In this document: piece by piece, positions 51,148 through 61,112 of the stretch
How the letters are laid out: each line of letters starts with the position of its first letter
Position numbering within the stretch: position 1 is the stretch's first letter
Origin: an uncultured Bacilli bacterium
Lineage (GTDB): Bacteria; Bacillota_I; Bacilli_A; RF39; UBA660
Length of the DNA: 64,000 bases
Direction: 5' to 3'
Assembly (NCBI GenBank): GCA_910588195.1
Contig: CAJUPN010000003.1
Span: forward strand, 42,842 to 106,841
The notes under the pieces: model-generated
Seen by the model: only the letters and a program-made list of their open reading frames with translations
Database searches by the model: none
What the model was told of the DNA's origin: nothing
Made by a program: the position numbers and the translations under genes

Positions 51148-54100
51148 ATGAATTTTTTAGGGGAAATATTTAAATATGAAAATCATGCAAGAGTATGTGG
51201 TTTAACTAGTGAGTTACAAGCTCAGTATTATTATCATTATTTTAAACAAAATGATGATAATATTTTAATTGTTACAAATTCTTTATATGATTCGAATAAA
51301 ATATATCAAAAATTAAAAACATACACAGATGATGTATGTCTTTTTCCTATGGATGATTTTTTATCTTCTGTAGCTCTTGCTATATCTCCTGATTTGAAAG
51401 TGAATAGACTTGAAACTTTAGAATATTTAAAAAATCATGATAAAACAATTGTGGTAACTAATTTAATGGGATATTTGCGATTTTTGCCTTCGTATGAAAA
51501 ATCACAAAATTTGAAAGTAAGTTTAAAAAAAGGATTAACAATAGATCGTGATAAAATTGTTAATGAATTAGAAGAGTATGGTTATGTGCGAACATCTTTA
51601 GTTACTTCAACTGGTGAGTATGCTTTGAGAGGTTTTATAATAGATATTTTTCCTATTGAAGCTGATCATCCTATAAGAATTGAGCTATTTGGTGAAGAGG
51701 TTGAAGCTATTCGTGTATTTAATGAAGAAACACAATTATCAATAAATGAAATCTCTAAAATTGATATACTACCTATACAAGAGTTGAATTTTGATGAACA
51801 TAGTAGTTTGTTTGAATATATGCATAATCCTTTTGTATTTTTTATAAATGAAAATCAAATAAATAATGGCTACAATAAAATCCTTAAGGACATTGAGGAA
51901 TATTCTGGTAATAAAGATGTATTAATTTCTGATTTTATATATTCTTTTGAAGAAATTAATCCAAATAATTATATGTATATTGAAACTATAAATAACTTTG
52001 ATAATTCTATTTCCTTTAATTCTAAAGAAATAATAAAATTTAAAGGTGACTATGATACTTTTAAAGACTTTTGTCTTACACATAAAAATACGAATGTTGT
52101 AATTATATGTCTTTCTAAAGATAAGCAAATAGATTTAGTAAAAGAACTTTTTTCTGATGTTAATATTGGAAGTATAAAAGAAAATACTATAAATATACTT
52201 AAATTTAAATTAAATGAAGGATTTATTATAGATAAATACATGGTTATATCTGAATTTGATATAGATAATTTTAAAATTACAAATGTTTATAAAAATAATT
52301 TTAAAATAGGACGTAAGATAAAAGGTTTTGAAGATATTAAGATAGGAGATTATGTTGTTCATTCTCAACATGGTATTGGTGTATACGCAGGAATAGAGGC
52401 AATAACTAAGAATGGATTAGTGAAAGATTATATTAAAATTAATTATTTAGGTAATGACAAGATTTATATTCCAGTAGAAAAGATTACAACTATTTATAAA
52501 TATTCTGATAAAGATGGGACACCGCCAAAACTAAATAAACTTAATTCAACATCTTGGGCAAAGACAAAGATGAAAGTTAGAAATAGAATTAAAGATATAA
52601 GTGATGAATTGATAAAACTATATGCAACTAGAACGAGTATCAAGGGACCTGTTTTTAATAATTTTGATGAAGAGTATACATTTGCTGCAAATTTTAATTA
52701 TAATGAAACTAATGATCAATTAAAAACTATAAAAGAGATTGATAATGATTTGAAGTCAAGTATTCCAATGGATCGCATACTTTGTGGAGATGTAGGTTTT
52801 GGAAAGACAGAAGTAGCTTTTAGAGGTATGTTTAAAACAATTGTTAATGGGTATCAAGTTGCATATCTTTGTCCAACTACATTATTATCAAGACAACAAT
52901 ATAATAATGCTTTAAGTAGATTTAGGGAATTTCCTGTTAATATTGCTCTTTTAAATCGTTTTACATCAACTAAAGAAGTAAAAAGAATTTATGAAGGATT
53001 AAAGAGTGGTTCGATTGATATAGTATTCGGAACTCATAAATTGCTTAATAAAGAAATCGAGTTTAATAATTTAGGACTATTAGTTGTAGATGAGGAACAG
53101 AGATTTGGTGTTACGCATAAGGAAAGAATAAAAGAAATTAAAAATGATGTTAATGTATTAACTTTATCAGCGACACCAATACCAAGAACTTTAAAAATGG
53201 CGATGAGTGGGCTTAGAGATCTTTCTATTATAGATACTGCTCCAATTAATAGATATCCTGTTCAAACTTATGTAGTAGAGGAAAAGGAAGTATTAATTAA
53301 AGATGCAGTTTATAAAGAATTATCCCGAAATGGACAAGTTTTTGTATTATATAATAGAGTTTCATCTATTCAAGATGAAGTTGATAAGTTATCTAGTTTA
53401 GTACCAGAGGCTAGAATTGTTATGGCCCATGGTCAAATGGATAAAAATGAACTTGAAAATATTGTATCTGATTTTGTGGATTATAAATATGATATTTTAG
53501 TATGTACTACAATAATTGAAACAGGAATAGATATACCTAATGTTAATACCTTAATTGTGATTGATGCAGATAATTTTGGTCTTTCACAATTATATCAATT
53601 AAGAGGTAGAGTAGGTCGTAGTGATAAGATTGCTTATGCATATTTAATGTATAATCCAGCAAAAGTTTTAACTGAAACAGCTATAAAAAGACTTCAATCA
53701 ATAAAAGATTTTACTGAATTGGGTAGTGGCTATAAAATAGCGATGAGAGATTTGTCTATTCGTGGAGCAGGAGACTTATTAGGTGCAGAACAAGCAGGTT
53801 TTGTTGATTCTGTTGGCTTAGAGTTATATACTCAAATGGTTAGTGAAGAAATAAAAAGGTTAAATGGGGAAGAAGTTTTAGAAGAAGAAAACTCAAATCC
53901 ATTAATAGAAGTTGCAAATCACATTAGTGATGAATTTGTTAAAGAAGAAAGTATTAAAATTGAAATTCATCAACTTATAAATGAAATAAAAGATCAAACT
54001 AGTTTGGAAAAAGTAAAATCAGAAATTCTTGATAGATTTGGTAACATAACGTCTGAAATGGATATTTATATGCATGAAGAATGGTTTTCTGAATTAGCAA

Positions 54101-54345
54101 ATCAACTTAATATAAAGAGAGTAAAACAAACAGAAACATTGCTAGAATTAGAATTGCCTGCTGATATATCAGATAAAATTCAAGGCGATAAATTATTTCT
54201 TATTGCATATAATATAAATCCTAAATTTCGATTGAGTTATCGAATGAAGAAAATATATGTTAGTTTATCTTTAGTTAATTTAGAAAAACATTTTGTGTAT
54301 TATTTAGTTCCTCTTCTTGATGAAATAAAGAATATGATTGCATGA
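51148..54345 (+). CDS. mfd: Transcription-repair coupling factor Mfd
   Basis: 1065 aa. CarD-like domain (GDYVVHSQHGIG), SF2 motifs GDVGFGKTE, DEEQRFG and QLRGRVGR, and a TRCF C-terminus. Confidence 0.95.
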   Translation: MNFLGEIFKYENHARVCGLTSELQAQYYYHYFKQNDDNILIVTNSLYDSNKIYQKLKTYTDDVCLFPMDDFLSSVALAISPDLKVNRLETLEYLKNHDKTIVVTNLMGYLRFLPSYEKSQNLKVSLKKGLTIDRDKIVNELEEYGYVRTSLVTSTGEYALRGFIIDIFPIEADHPIRIELFGEEVEAIRVFNEETQLSINEISKIDILPIQELNFDEHSSLFEYMHNPFVFFINENQINNGYNKILKDIEEYSGNKDVLISDFIYSFEEINPNNYMYIETINNFDNSISFNSKEIIKFKGDYDTFKDFCLTHKNTNVVIICLSKDKQIDLVKELFSDVNIGSIKENTINILKFKLNEGFIIDKYMVISEFDIDNFKITNVYKNNFKIGRKIKGFEDIKIGDYVVHSQHGIGVYAGIEAITKNGLVKDYIKINYLGNDKIYIPVEKITTIYKYSDKDGTPPKLNKLNSTSWAKTKMKVRNRIKDISDELIKLYATRTSIKGPVFNNFDEEYTFAANFNYNETNDQLKTIKEIDNDLKSSIPMDRILCGDVGFGKTEVAFRGMFKTIVNGYQVAYLCPTTLLSRQQYNNALSRFREFPVNIALLNRFTSTKEVKRIYEGLKSGSIDIVFGTHKLLNKEIEFNNLGLLVVDEEQRFGVTHKERIKEIKNDVNVLTLSATPIPRTLKMAMSGLRDLSIIDTAPINRYPVQTYVVEEKEVLIKDAVYKELSRNGQVFVLYNRVSSIQDEVDKLSSLVPEARIVMAHGQMDKNELENIVSDFVDYKYDILVCTTIIETGIDIPNVNTLIVIDADNFGLSQLYQLRGRVGRSDKIAYAYLMYNPAKVLTETAIKRLQSIKDFTELGSGYKIAMRDLSIRGAGDLLGAEQAGFVDSVGLELYTQMVSEEIKRLNGEEVLEEENSNPLIEVANHISDEFVKEESIKIEIHQLINEIKDQTSLEKVKSEILDRFGNITSEMDIYMHEEWFSELANQLNIKRVKQTETLLELELPADISDKIQGDKLFLIAYNINPKFRLSYRMKKIYVSLSLVNLEKHFVYYLVPLLDEIKNMIA

Positions 54346-54374
54346 TTCAAAAAAATGTGATAAATTATATTTGT

Positions 54375-54569
54375 TAAACAGCGAAGGAAAGAAGCTAAAG
54401 GAATTTTTATTAGAGAGTTTGGTTAGGTGAAAACAAACAAAAATGAATTTAGTCGAATGGGTCTGGAGTTTAAATCGTATTATCGCGTTAAGATTTTTAA
54501 GATGATTTAAAATCATGAATTAAGGTGGTACCACGAGTTTCTCGTCCTTAAGTTCATGATTTTTTTTGT
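54375..54569 (+). promoter_or_regulatory. T-box leader (tRNA-sensing riboswitch) with terminator/antiterminator
   Basis: Stem I with AGAGAG bay and GGUGAAAA distal loop. T-box sequence GAATTAAGGTGGTACCACGAG (54517-54537). Terminator aatcatgaattaagg / ccttaagttcatgatt followed by T8. Confidence 0.8.
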
Positions 54570-54587
54570 TAAAATGGGGTGATTAGA

Positions 54588-55019
54588 ATGCCTGGAGTAG
54601 GTGTTGGAATTATTATATTAAATGAGATTAAACAAGTTCTTTTGATATTAAGAAATAGTGATGCTGCTTTAGCAGATAGTGCGTTACACCTTGAAGGAAC
54701 TTGGACTTTGCCTGCGGGGAAAGTTAAACTTAATGAGACTATTTTTGAATCAGCTAAGAGAAAGGTATTAGAGGAAGTTGGTTTAAAAATAGATAATTTG
54801 GACGTAATTTCAGTTGCAGATGATTTAAATGAGTATGCTCATTTTGTGACAATTGGGGTATTAGCACGGATGTGGAGTGGAAATATTAATTTAGGAGATA
54901 CAGATGAGCATGTAGATTTTGGTTTTTTTGATTTAGATAAATTACCAATAAATCTATGTGAACCTTCTAAAAAGATATTGAGAAATTATATAAATGCTTC
55001 AATCTATAAAGAAGGTTAA
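54588..55019 (+). CDS. NUDIX hydrolase
   Basis: Nudix box GKVKLNETIFESAKRKVLEEVGL. ATG at 54588 after GGGGTG. Confidence 0.8.
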   Translation: MPGVGVGIIILNEIKQVLLILRNSDAALADSALHLEGTWTLPAGKVKLNETIFESAKRKVLEEVGLKIDNLDVISVADDLNEYAHFVTIGVLARMWSGNINLGDTDEHVDFGFFDLDKLPINLCEPSKKILRNYINASIYKEG

Positions 55020-55025
55020 CTTTTG

Positions 55026-55475
55026 ATGAAAATAATGAAAAAAATTAATTATATTTACATATTTGGGATAATTTTTATATTAGTGGGGTTTGAATGTATT
55101 ATTTTGGAGTCGTTAAATATTTCCTATTTAAAAATAGCTAAATATAAAGAGATTATAGAAAGTAATGTAATATCATTAAAAGTTGAAAAAGATGATTATT
55201 GGTTTAATCATTTTGAAATAAGTAGTATGTCTTTAGATTCTAAAGTTTGGGTAACAAAAGAAGAAATTAAAATAAATGGTAATATATTATCTTATCAAGG
55301 AAGATATTCGAGTGATCCAGGGGATAAAATAAAACATACTATGGTTAGTAATGATGGTGTGAATTGGACTGTATATGAAAGAAATAAATGGAATCTTGTT
55401 ATAGGGATAATTTGTACTTTAGTTGGATTATTTTTGGTTGTATATGGAAAAAAGAAAAGACTAAAAAAGAAGTGA
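55026..55475 (+). CDS. Hypothetical membrane protein (N- and C-terminal TM helices)
   Basis: About 149-aa ORF between the NUDIX gene and metG. Confidence 0.45.
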   Translation: MKIMKKINYIYIFGIIFILVGFECIILESLNISYLKIAKYKEIIESNVISLKVEKDDYWFNHFEISSMSLDSKVWVTKEEIKINGNILSYQGRYSSDPGDKIKHTMVSNDGVNWTVYERNKWNLVIGIICTLVGLFLVVYGKKKRLKKK

Positions 55476-55525
55476 AAAAATCAATACTTTTAATTAATAA
55501 AAGTTATAAAGGAGAGAATTAAATT

Positions 55526-57073
55526 ATGGAAAAAGAAAAATATTATATAAGTACAGCGATTGCTTATACCTCTAGTAAGCCTCATATTGGAAATACATAT
55601 GAGATAGTTTTAGCAGATGCAATTGCAAGAAATAAGCGTTTAGAAGGGTATGATGTTTATTTTCAAACGGGAACTGATGAACATGGTGAAAAAATAGAAC
55701 TTAAGGCAAAAGAAGCAGGAATTGAGCCACAAAAGTATGTTGATAAAGTTGCAAGTGAAATTAAAGTTATTTGGGATTTAATGGATACTACTTATGATAA
55801 TTTTGTAAGAACAACTGATAAAAATCATGAAAAAGTAGTGCAACATATATTTAAAAAAATGTATGATAAAGGGGATATTTATAAGGGCGAGTATAAAGGA
55901 CTTTATTGTACTCCATGTGAGTCATTCTGGACAGAAACTCAGTTAGTAGATGGCAAGTGTCCTGATTGTGGAAGAGAAGTTCTTTCAAAGTCAGAAGAAG
56001 CATATTTTTTTAAATTATCAAAATATCAAGATAAATTGATTAAGTATATTGAATCACATCCTGAATTTATTCAACCAGAATCTAGAAAAAATGAAATGGT
56101 TAATAATTTCTTGAAACCTGGGTTACAAGATTTATGTGTATCTCGTACTTCATTTAAATGGGGAATACCTGTTGATTTTGATGATAAACATGTTGTTTAT
56201 GTTTGGTTAGATGCTTTAACTAATTATATTACTAATATTGGTTATGATGTTGATAACGCAACAGAAGAATTTACTAAAAAATGGCCAGCAGACTTACATT
56301 TAATAGGTAAAGATATAATTCGCTTTCATACTCTTTATTGGCCTTGCTTTTTAATGAGTTTGGAATTACCTCTTCCAAAACAGATTTTTGGACACCCTTG
56401 GTTATTATCAGGTGGTGATAAGATGAGTAAATCAAAAGGGAATGTTTTATATGCCGATGACTTGGTAGAAAAGTATGGTGTAGATACTATTAGATATTTT
56501 GTCTTACATGAAACACCATTTGCTGATGACGGAATTATTACAGAGGATTTAATTATTGAACGTAATAATACGGATCTTGCAAATATTTTGGGAAATTTGG
56601 TTAATAGAACTATTTCAATGTCACATAAGTATTTTGATGGTGTAGTGTCTAAGACAGATATCTCTACAGAATTTGATGCTTCGTTGATAGATAAACTTTC
56701 ACATTTGGGCGAGAATGTTAAATCTAAAATGGATAATTTGCGTATTGCTGATGCAATTGATGAAATATTTAGTTGTTTAAGAGCCTCTAATAAATATATT
56801 GATGAGACAACTCCATGGCTTTTAGCTAAAGATGAGAAAGAACTAGATAAACTAAGAACAGTTTTATATAATCTAATCGAATCCATTAGAATATGTGCAG
56901 TTTACTTACAACCTTTCTTGCCACAAACAGCATTAAAAATATTTAAACTAATTAATACAGATTTAACTAGTTATGAATCAACAATAGATTTTGGTGCTTA
57001 TGTATCAGGTACTAAAGTAGGTGAAGCTGAGATATTATTTGGAAGAATAGAAAAAGAATCAAAAGAGTCATAA
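55526..57073 (+). CDS. metG: Methionyl-tRNA synthetase (short form)
   Basis: HIGN (HIGH) motif, zinc knuckle CTPCE...CPDCG and KMSKSKGN. Confidence 0.95.
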   Translation: MEKEKYYISTAIAYTSSKPHIGNTYEIVLADAIARNKRLEGYDVYFQTGTDEHGEKIELKAKEAGIEPQKYVDKVASEIKVIWDLMDTTYDNFVRTTDKNHEKVVQHIFKKMYDKGDIYKGEYKGLYCTPCESFWTETQLVDGKCPDCGREVLSKSEEAYFFKLSKYQDKLIKYIESHPEFIQPESRKNEMVNNFLKPGLQDLCVSRTSFKWGIPVDFDDKHVVYVWLDALTNYITNIGYDVDNATEEFTKKWPADLHLIGKDIIRFHTLYWPCFLMSLELPLPKQIFGHPWLLSGGDKMSKSKGNVLYADDLVEKYGVDTIRYFVLHETPFADDGIITEDLIIERNNTDLANILGNLVNRTISMSHKYFDGVVSKTDISTEFDASLIDKLSHLGENVKSKMDNLRIADAIDEIFSCLRASNKYIDETTPWLLAKDEKELDKLRTVLYNLIESIRICAVYLQPFLPQTALKIFKLINTDLTSYESTIDFGAYVSGTKVGEAEILFGRIEKESKES

Positions 57074-57101
57074 TGGACTCTTTTCTTAAAGGAGAATTTT
57101 T

Positions 57102-57851
57102 ATGCTAATAGATACACATTGTCATTTAACGAACGAATTTTTTCAAGATATAGATAAAATTATAGAAAATGCTAAAAATAATGGTGTAAAACGATACATT
57201 AGTGCCTCTGATTCAGTACTATCTGCAAGAGAGACGATATTACTTGGTCAAAAATATGAAGATGTTTATATTGCTTTGGGAATACATCCTGAAAATTGTT
57301 TTGATTCTCTTGAAGAAATGACAAAAATTCTTGAAGAAAATTGGAATAACCCCAAATTAGTGGCAATTGGCGAAATTGGGTTGGATTATTATTATGGAAA
57401 AGAAAATAAACAGCGTCAAATAGAAGTATTTGAATATCAATTGTCGCTTGCAGAAAAATATAAATTACCAGTGGTGGTTCATTCAAGAGAAGCAACTCTT
57501 GATACTATAAATTCAATAAAAAAATATAATGTTAAGGGAGTAATGCATTGTTTTTCTGGTAGTTTGGAAACTGCTAGAGAACTTATTAATATGGGTTTTT
57601 TTATAGGGGTTGGAGGAGTTACGACTTTTAAAAATTCTAAAATTGATCAGATAATTAAAGACATACCGTTAGAAAAAATAGTTTTAGAGACAGATGCTCC
57701 ATTTTTAACTCCTGATCCTTATAGAAAGTTTAAAAATGAACCAAAATATATACGAATTATAGCTGAATATTTAGCAGAGTTAAAACATATAGATATAACA
57801 GAAGTGGAAAATATTACAACAGATAATGTTTTTAAAATATTTTCTATATAA
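57102..57851 (+). CDS. tatD: TatD-family metal-dependent DNase/hydrolase
   Basis: IDTHCHL, GEIGLDYYY, VVHSREA, HCFSG and ETDAPFL. Confidence 0.9.
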   Translation: MLIDTHCHLTNEFFQDIDKIIENAKNNGVKRYISASDSVLSARETILLGQKYEDVYIALGIHPENCFDSLEEMTKILEENWNNPKLVAIGEIGLDYYYGKENKQRQIEVFEYQLSLAEKYKLPVVVHSREATLDTINSIKKYNVKGVMHCFSGSLETARELINMGFFIGVGGVTTFKNSKIDQIIKDIPLEKIVLETDAPFLTPDPYRKFKNEPKYIRIIAEYLAELKHIDITEVENITTDNVFKIFSI

Positions 57852-57915
57852 AGTTAATGTAAAATATTTACTTTATACTTGCAATTTGTTATAATTTATA
57901 TATAAGGTGATAGTA

Positions 57916-58461
57916 ATGAAAAAGATAACTCATAAATTTAATAAGGCATCAAAGATTTTGTTATTATTGTTTGCTGTTATGGCTTTGCAAAAAGTTAATG
58001 TTGTTAATCAAAACGAAAAAGTTGTAAATGAAAACTTAAATAAAACTTTAGATTTAACCGCAATGGTTTTAAAGATGAATGAAATAAATATGGCTGATAA
58101 ATATTATCCTTTAGATACTTTTACGGGAGATTTGACAGGATATTCTGCTGATTGTCCGTTGTGTACTGGTTATCTAGCTTGTACAGGTGCTTATGTTGCT
58201 AATGGAACAACCAGTTTTAATGACAAAGAATACGGGGATGTTGTTATATTAGCTTCTTCGAAGAATTTACCTTGTGGCTCAATTGTTACATTTGATGCAT
58301 CATATGTTTCTGATAAGAAAGTTACAGGAATTGTTCTTGATAGAGGTGTGTTAGGGAATGATTTAGACTTATTAGTTCCTAACAGTGATTATGCTTTAAA
58401 AAAGATAGGACGACACAAACTTACATATGACGTTTTAAGATTTGGTTGGGAAAGAAAATAA
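57916..58461 (+). CDS. 3D-domain (YabE/MltA-like DPBB) secreted protein
   Basis: Signal anchor. TGYSADCPLCTG...CGSIV...GIVLDRG pattern. Position equals yabE in Bacillus. Confidence 0.6.
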   Translation: MKKITHKFNKASKILLLLFAVMALQKVNVVNQNEKVVNENLNKTLDLTAMVLKMNEINMADKYYPLDTFTGDLTGYSADCPLCTGYLACTGAYVANGTTSFNDKEYGDVVILASSKNLPCGSIVTFDASYVSDKKVTGIVLDRGVLGNDLDLLVPNSDYALKKIGRHKLTYDVLRFGWERK

Positions 58462-58463
58462 AA

Positions 58464-58498
58464 GAGACTAAAACTTGTTTAATTTAGCCTCTTTTTTT
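58464..58498 (+). terminator. Terminator after the 3D-domain gene
   Basis: Stem gagactaaa / tttagcctc (one mismatch) followed by T8. Confidence 0.55.
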
Positions 58499-58705
58499 TG
58501 TTCAAAAATTTCAATTATTTCTTTATCAAAGTATTTACCATATTTTTCTAAAATATCATAAATTAAATCAATTACATATTCGTTCAATTTTTTTCTTGTT
58601 ATATTGTAATCAATTTTCATAGTTATCATCTGAAGATATTATAACACATCGCTTTAATATTGCCATAAATTATGTTAAAATTATTTTATTGAATTGGTGA
58701 TTTAT

Positions 58706-59488
58706 ATGAAATTTAATTTCAAAAAAAAGTTTGGACAAAATTTTTTACAAGATTCTAAAGTTATTGATAAGATAATTAATTCTTTAAGTGCATGTGAAAA
58801 AGATTTAATTATTGAAATTGGTCCTGGGAGTGGAGCATTAACTAAAAGATTAGTGAAAAAGGATGCAAGTTTTATTGCTTATGAAATAGATGAAGAGTTA
58901 AAAGATTGTTTATCAATATATGAGGGTGATAAAACCAAAGTAATATATGATGATTTTTTGAAAAGAAATATTAAAGAAGATATAGAAAAAATATCGTATG
59001 GTAGGCTGTTTGTAATAGGAAATTTACCGTATTATATTACAACTCCTATAATTACTAAAATTATAGATGATAAAATTTTCCCAGAAGAAATGATTTTTAT
59101 GGTTCAAAAGGAAGTTGCATTAAGATTTACAGCTAATGTTGGAACACGTGATTATGGAGCTATTACAGTTTTTTTAAATTATTATTTTGAAGTTAATCTT
59201 GAATTTATCGTAAATCGAGATAAGTTTTATCCTGTTCCAAATGTTGACAGTGCCGTTATTAAATTTAAAAGAAGAAATTCTCTTTTAGATGTAGATTTTT
59301 CAAGATTTAATAAATTTGTCAAGGATGCCTTTACTTTTAAGAGAAAAAACTTACGAAATAATTTAAGAAGTTATGATCAAGATAAGTTAGGACTAATTTT
59401 AAATAAACTTAATAAATCTTTAGAAAACAGAGCAGAAGACTTATCTTATGAGGATTTTGTATATTTAACAAATGAATATTATAGATAA
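58706..59488 (+). CDS. rsmA: 16S rRNA dimethyladenosine transferase RsmA/KsgA
   Basis: KKFGQNFL, EIGPGSGALT and GNLPYYITTP. Confidence 0.93.
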   Translation: MKFNFKKKFGQNFLQDSKVIDKIINSLSACEKDLIIEIGPGSGALTKRLVKKDASFIAYEIDEELKDCLSIYEGDKTKVIYDDFLKRNIKEDIEKISYGRLFVIGNLPYYITTPIITKIIDDKIFPEEMIFMVQKEVALRFTANVGTRDYGAITVFLNYYFEVNLEFIVNRDKFYPVPNVDSAVIKFKRRNSLLDVDFSRFNKFVKDAFTFKRKNLRNNLRSYDQDKLGLILNKLNKSLENRAEDLSYEDFVYLTNEYYR

Positions 59489-59499
59489 GAGTGAATTTT

Positions 59500-60525
59500 A
59501 TGGATAGAGAAATAATGAACAAATTAGAGAAAATTAACTATAGATTTATCACAGATGATGATTTTGTTTATAGTGCATCAGAAGTTTTAAAAAATAATTC
59601 TGGAAATTGTTGGGAACAAGTAGAATTGGAAAGAAAACTATTTGCAGATTATGGTATTGATACACAGACTTATTTTGTATCTATGAGTGATGAAACAGGT
59701 AAATATCAAACCCACACTTTTTTAGTGTATATTAAGAATGAAAAGTATTGTTGGTTCGAGCATGCTTGGGAAGAATATGTAGGAATTCATGAATATTTGT
59801 CTTTGGAGGATTTATTAAAAGATGTAAAAAGAAAGCTTCTTAAATCTTTTAGTGGAGTTGGAGAAGTTTATTGTTTTGTTTATCTTTATCCACAATGTAA
59901 TAAAAGGATGAATGCTATTGCTTTCTTAGAATATGCTCAGAGTGGAACTTTAATAAAGCTTAATGAGCCACTTTATTTTTATCATTTAGTGGATAAATCG
60001 GCAAATCTAGATATTGGTATTTTAAGTTTGAAATACTTTTATGATAACGAGATGTATAAAGAATTTGATGAGTATGCAGAAAAATATAAAAGAAGAATAG
60101 TTAATGATTGGGGAATTGAAAAATTTAAAGATACTCCTGAAGAGCTTTTAAGTAGAGAAGACATACTTGATGCTCTTAAAATATTTAGAGGAGATAATGG
60201 AGCAAGTTACATTTATTTTTTTAGATTTCCTCCTTATTCTGAATTGGGTCAAAATATGAAAGAAATATTAAAAAATAAAGATATCTATTGTATAAACCTA
60301 AATGATGAAGAATTGCAATTGCAAATTAAAGATATATTTTATGGGTATGAGAATATTCATAGTGATAATAAAAAACTTGATAAGTCTTATTATGAAAATG
60401 TTACTAAAGAAGAATATTTTTCTTCGTATGAAGATAATGTATCAATGAATTATGCTAAGTTAAATCATATTTCTATAGCTTTTAAATATGATTATTGTCC
60501 TGCTAATTTAATTAAGAAGTGTTAA
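59500..60525 (+). CDS. Hypothetical protein with N-terminal transglutaminase/papain-like Cys-His core
   Basis: SGNCWEQVELERKLFADYGI ... THTFLVY ... CWFEHAW spacing. The remainder is unrecognised. Confidence 0.45.
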   Translation: MDREIMNKLEKINYRFITDDDFVYSASEVLKNNSGNCWEQVELERKLFADYGIDTQTYFVSMSDETGKYQTHTFLVYIKNEKYCWFEHAWEEYVGIHEYLSLEDLLKDVKRKLLKSFSGVGEVYCFVYLYPQCNKRMNAIAFLEYAQSGTLIKLNEPLYFYHLVDKSANLDIGILSLKYFYDNEMYKEFDEYAEKYKRRIVNDWGIEKFKDTPEELLSREDILDALKIFRGDNGASYIYFFRFPPYSELGQNMKEILKNKDIYCINLNDEELQLQIKDIFYGYENIHSDNKKLDKSYYENVTKEEYFSSYEDNVSMNYAKLNHISIAFKYDYCPANLIKKC

Positions 60526-60567
60526 CGCACTTTTTTCTTTTTGCATAGTATACCATAGGTGAAGTGT

Positions 60568-60849
60568 ATGAAAATAGATAAAGGTTCAATTGTTACGCGA
60601 AATAGTTATAATAATGATGTTATATTTGTTGTAACTAAGATTGAAGGTAACGTTGCTTATTTAAAAGGGACTGATGTTAGATTATATGCGGATGCGTTAT
60701 TAGAAGATTTAGTGTTAGCAGAAGCAACAGATGACTATAGACCAGAAATTAGTAATGAATTACTAGAAAGAGATGAGTATTTCTATCTTCCAGGTAAAAT
60801 ACTTCATATTGATGCTGTCTATGATTTATGTAGTAAATTTATAAACTAA
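60568..60849 (+). pseudogene. yabG: yabG remnant: N-terminal domain only of the sporulation peptidase YabG
   Basis: GSIVTRNSYNNDVIFVV...LKGTDVRLYADALLEDLVLA...YFYLPGKILHIDA parallels the B. subtilis YabG N-terminus. The ORF stops where the peptidase domain should begin. A downstream out-of-frame trace reads LFTGH. Position after rsmA is syntenic. Confidence 0.55.
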
Positions 60850-61050
60850 AGATTAACAGTAAAGTCCCTGTTTACTGGACATTTATCCCATTTAAGAATA
60901 TTTACTTAATGCTTAAAATATGGTTTAATATATAGTAGATAATGGTAAAATAAATTAAATATTTAAAGTTGTTATAAAATAGGGGGTAATGATATTACTC
61001 ACTGTTTTATATAAATGAATATAATTAATAAGAAAGGAGTGTGTAAGAAC

Positions 61051-61099
61051 TTGCATTTATCGAAAAATATGATATAATATCTTGAAATTTCGATAAATG
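61051..61099 (+). promoter_or_regulatory. Promoter of the large surface-protein gene, bracketed by a perfect 12-bp inverted repeat
   Basis: TTGCAT (61051-61056), 16 nt, TGaTATAAT (61070-61078). Inverted repeat catttatcgaaa (61054-61065) / tttcgataaatg (61088-61099). Confidence 0.5.
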
Positions 61100-61112
61100 G
61101 AGGGATTATTAG

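Noticed and set aside
58468-58620. 50-codon minus-strand ORF (MKIDYNITRKKLNEYVIDLIYDILEKYGKYFDKEIIEIFEQKKEAKLNKF) in the gap before rsmA.
   Set aside because: An open frame of this length is somewhat unexpected in such AT-rich DNA, and the peptide looks helical. However, there is no Shine-Dalgarno sequence, and its 3' end overlaps the terminator hairpin of the convergent 3D-domain gene. It is left uncalled and would need ribosome profiling or conservation evidence.
59151-59166. Other CACGTG-containing sequences (for example GGAACACGTGATTAT in rsmA, and half-sites at about 23768 and about 63116) as additional parS sites.
   Set aside because: The flanking arms do not match TGTTNCACGTGAAACA beyond the central hexamer or a single half-site.
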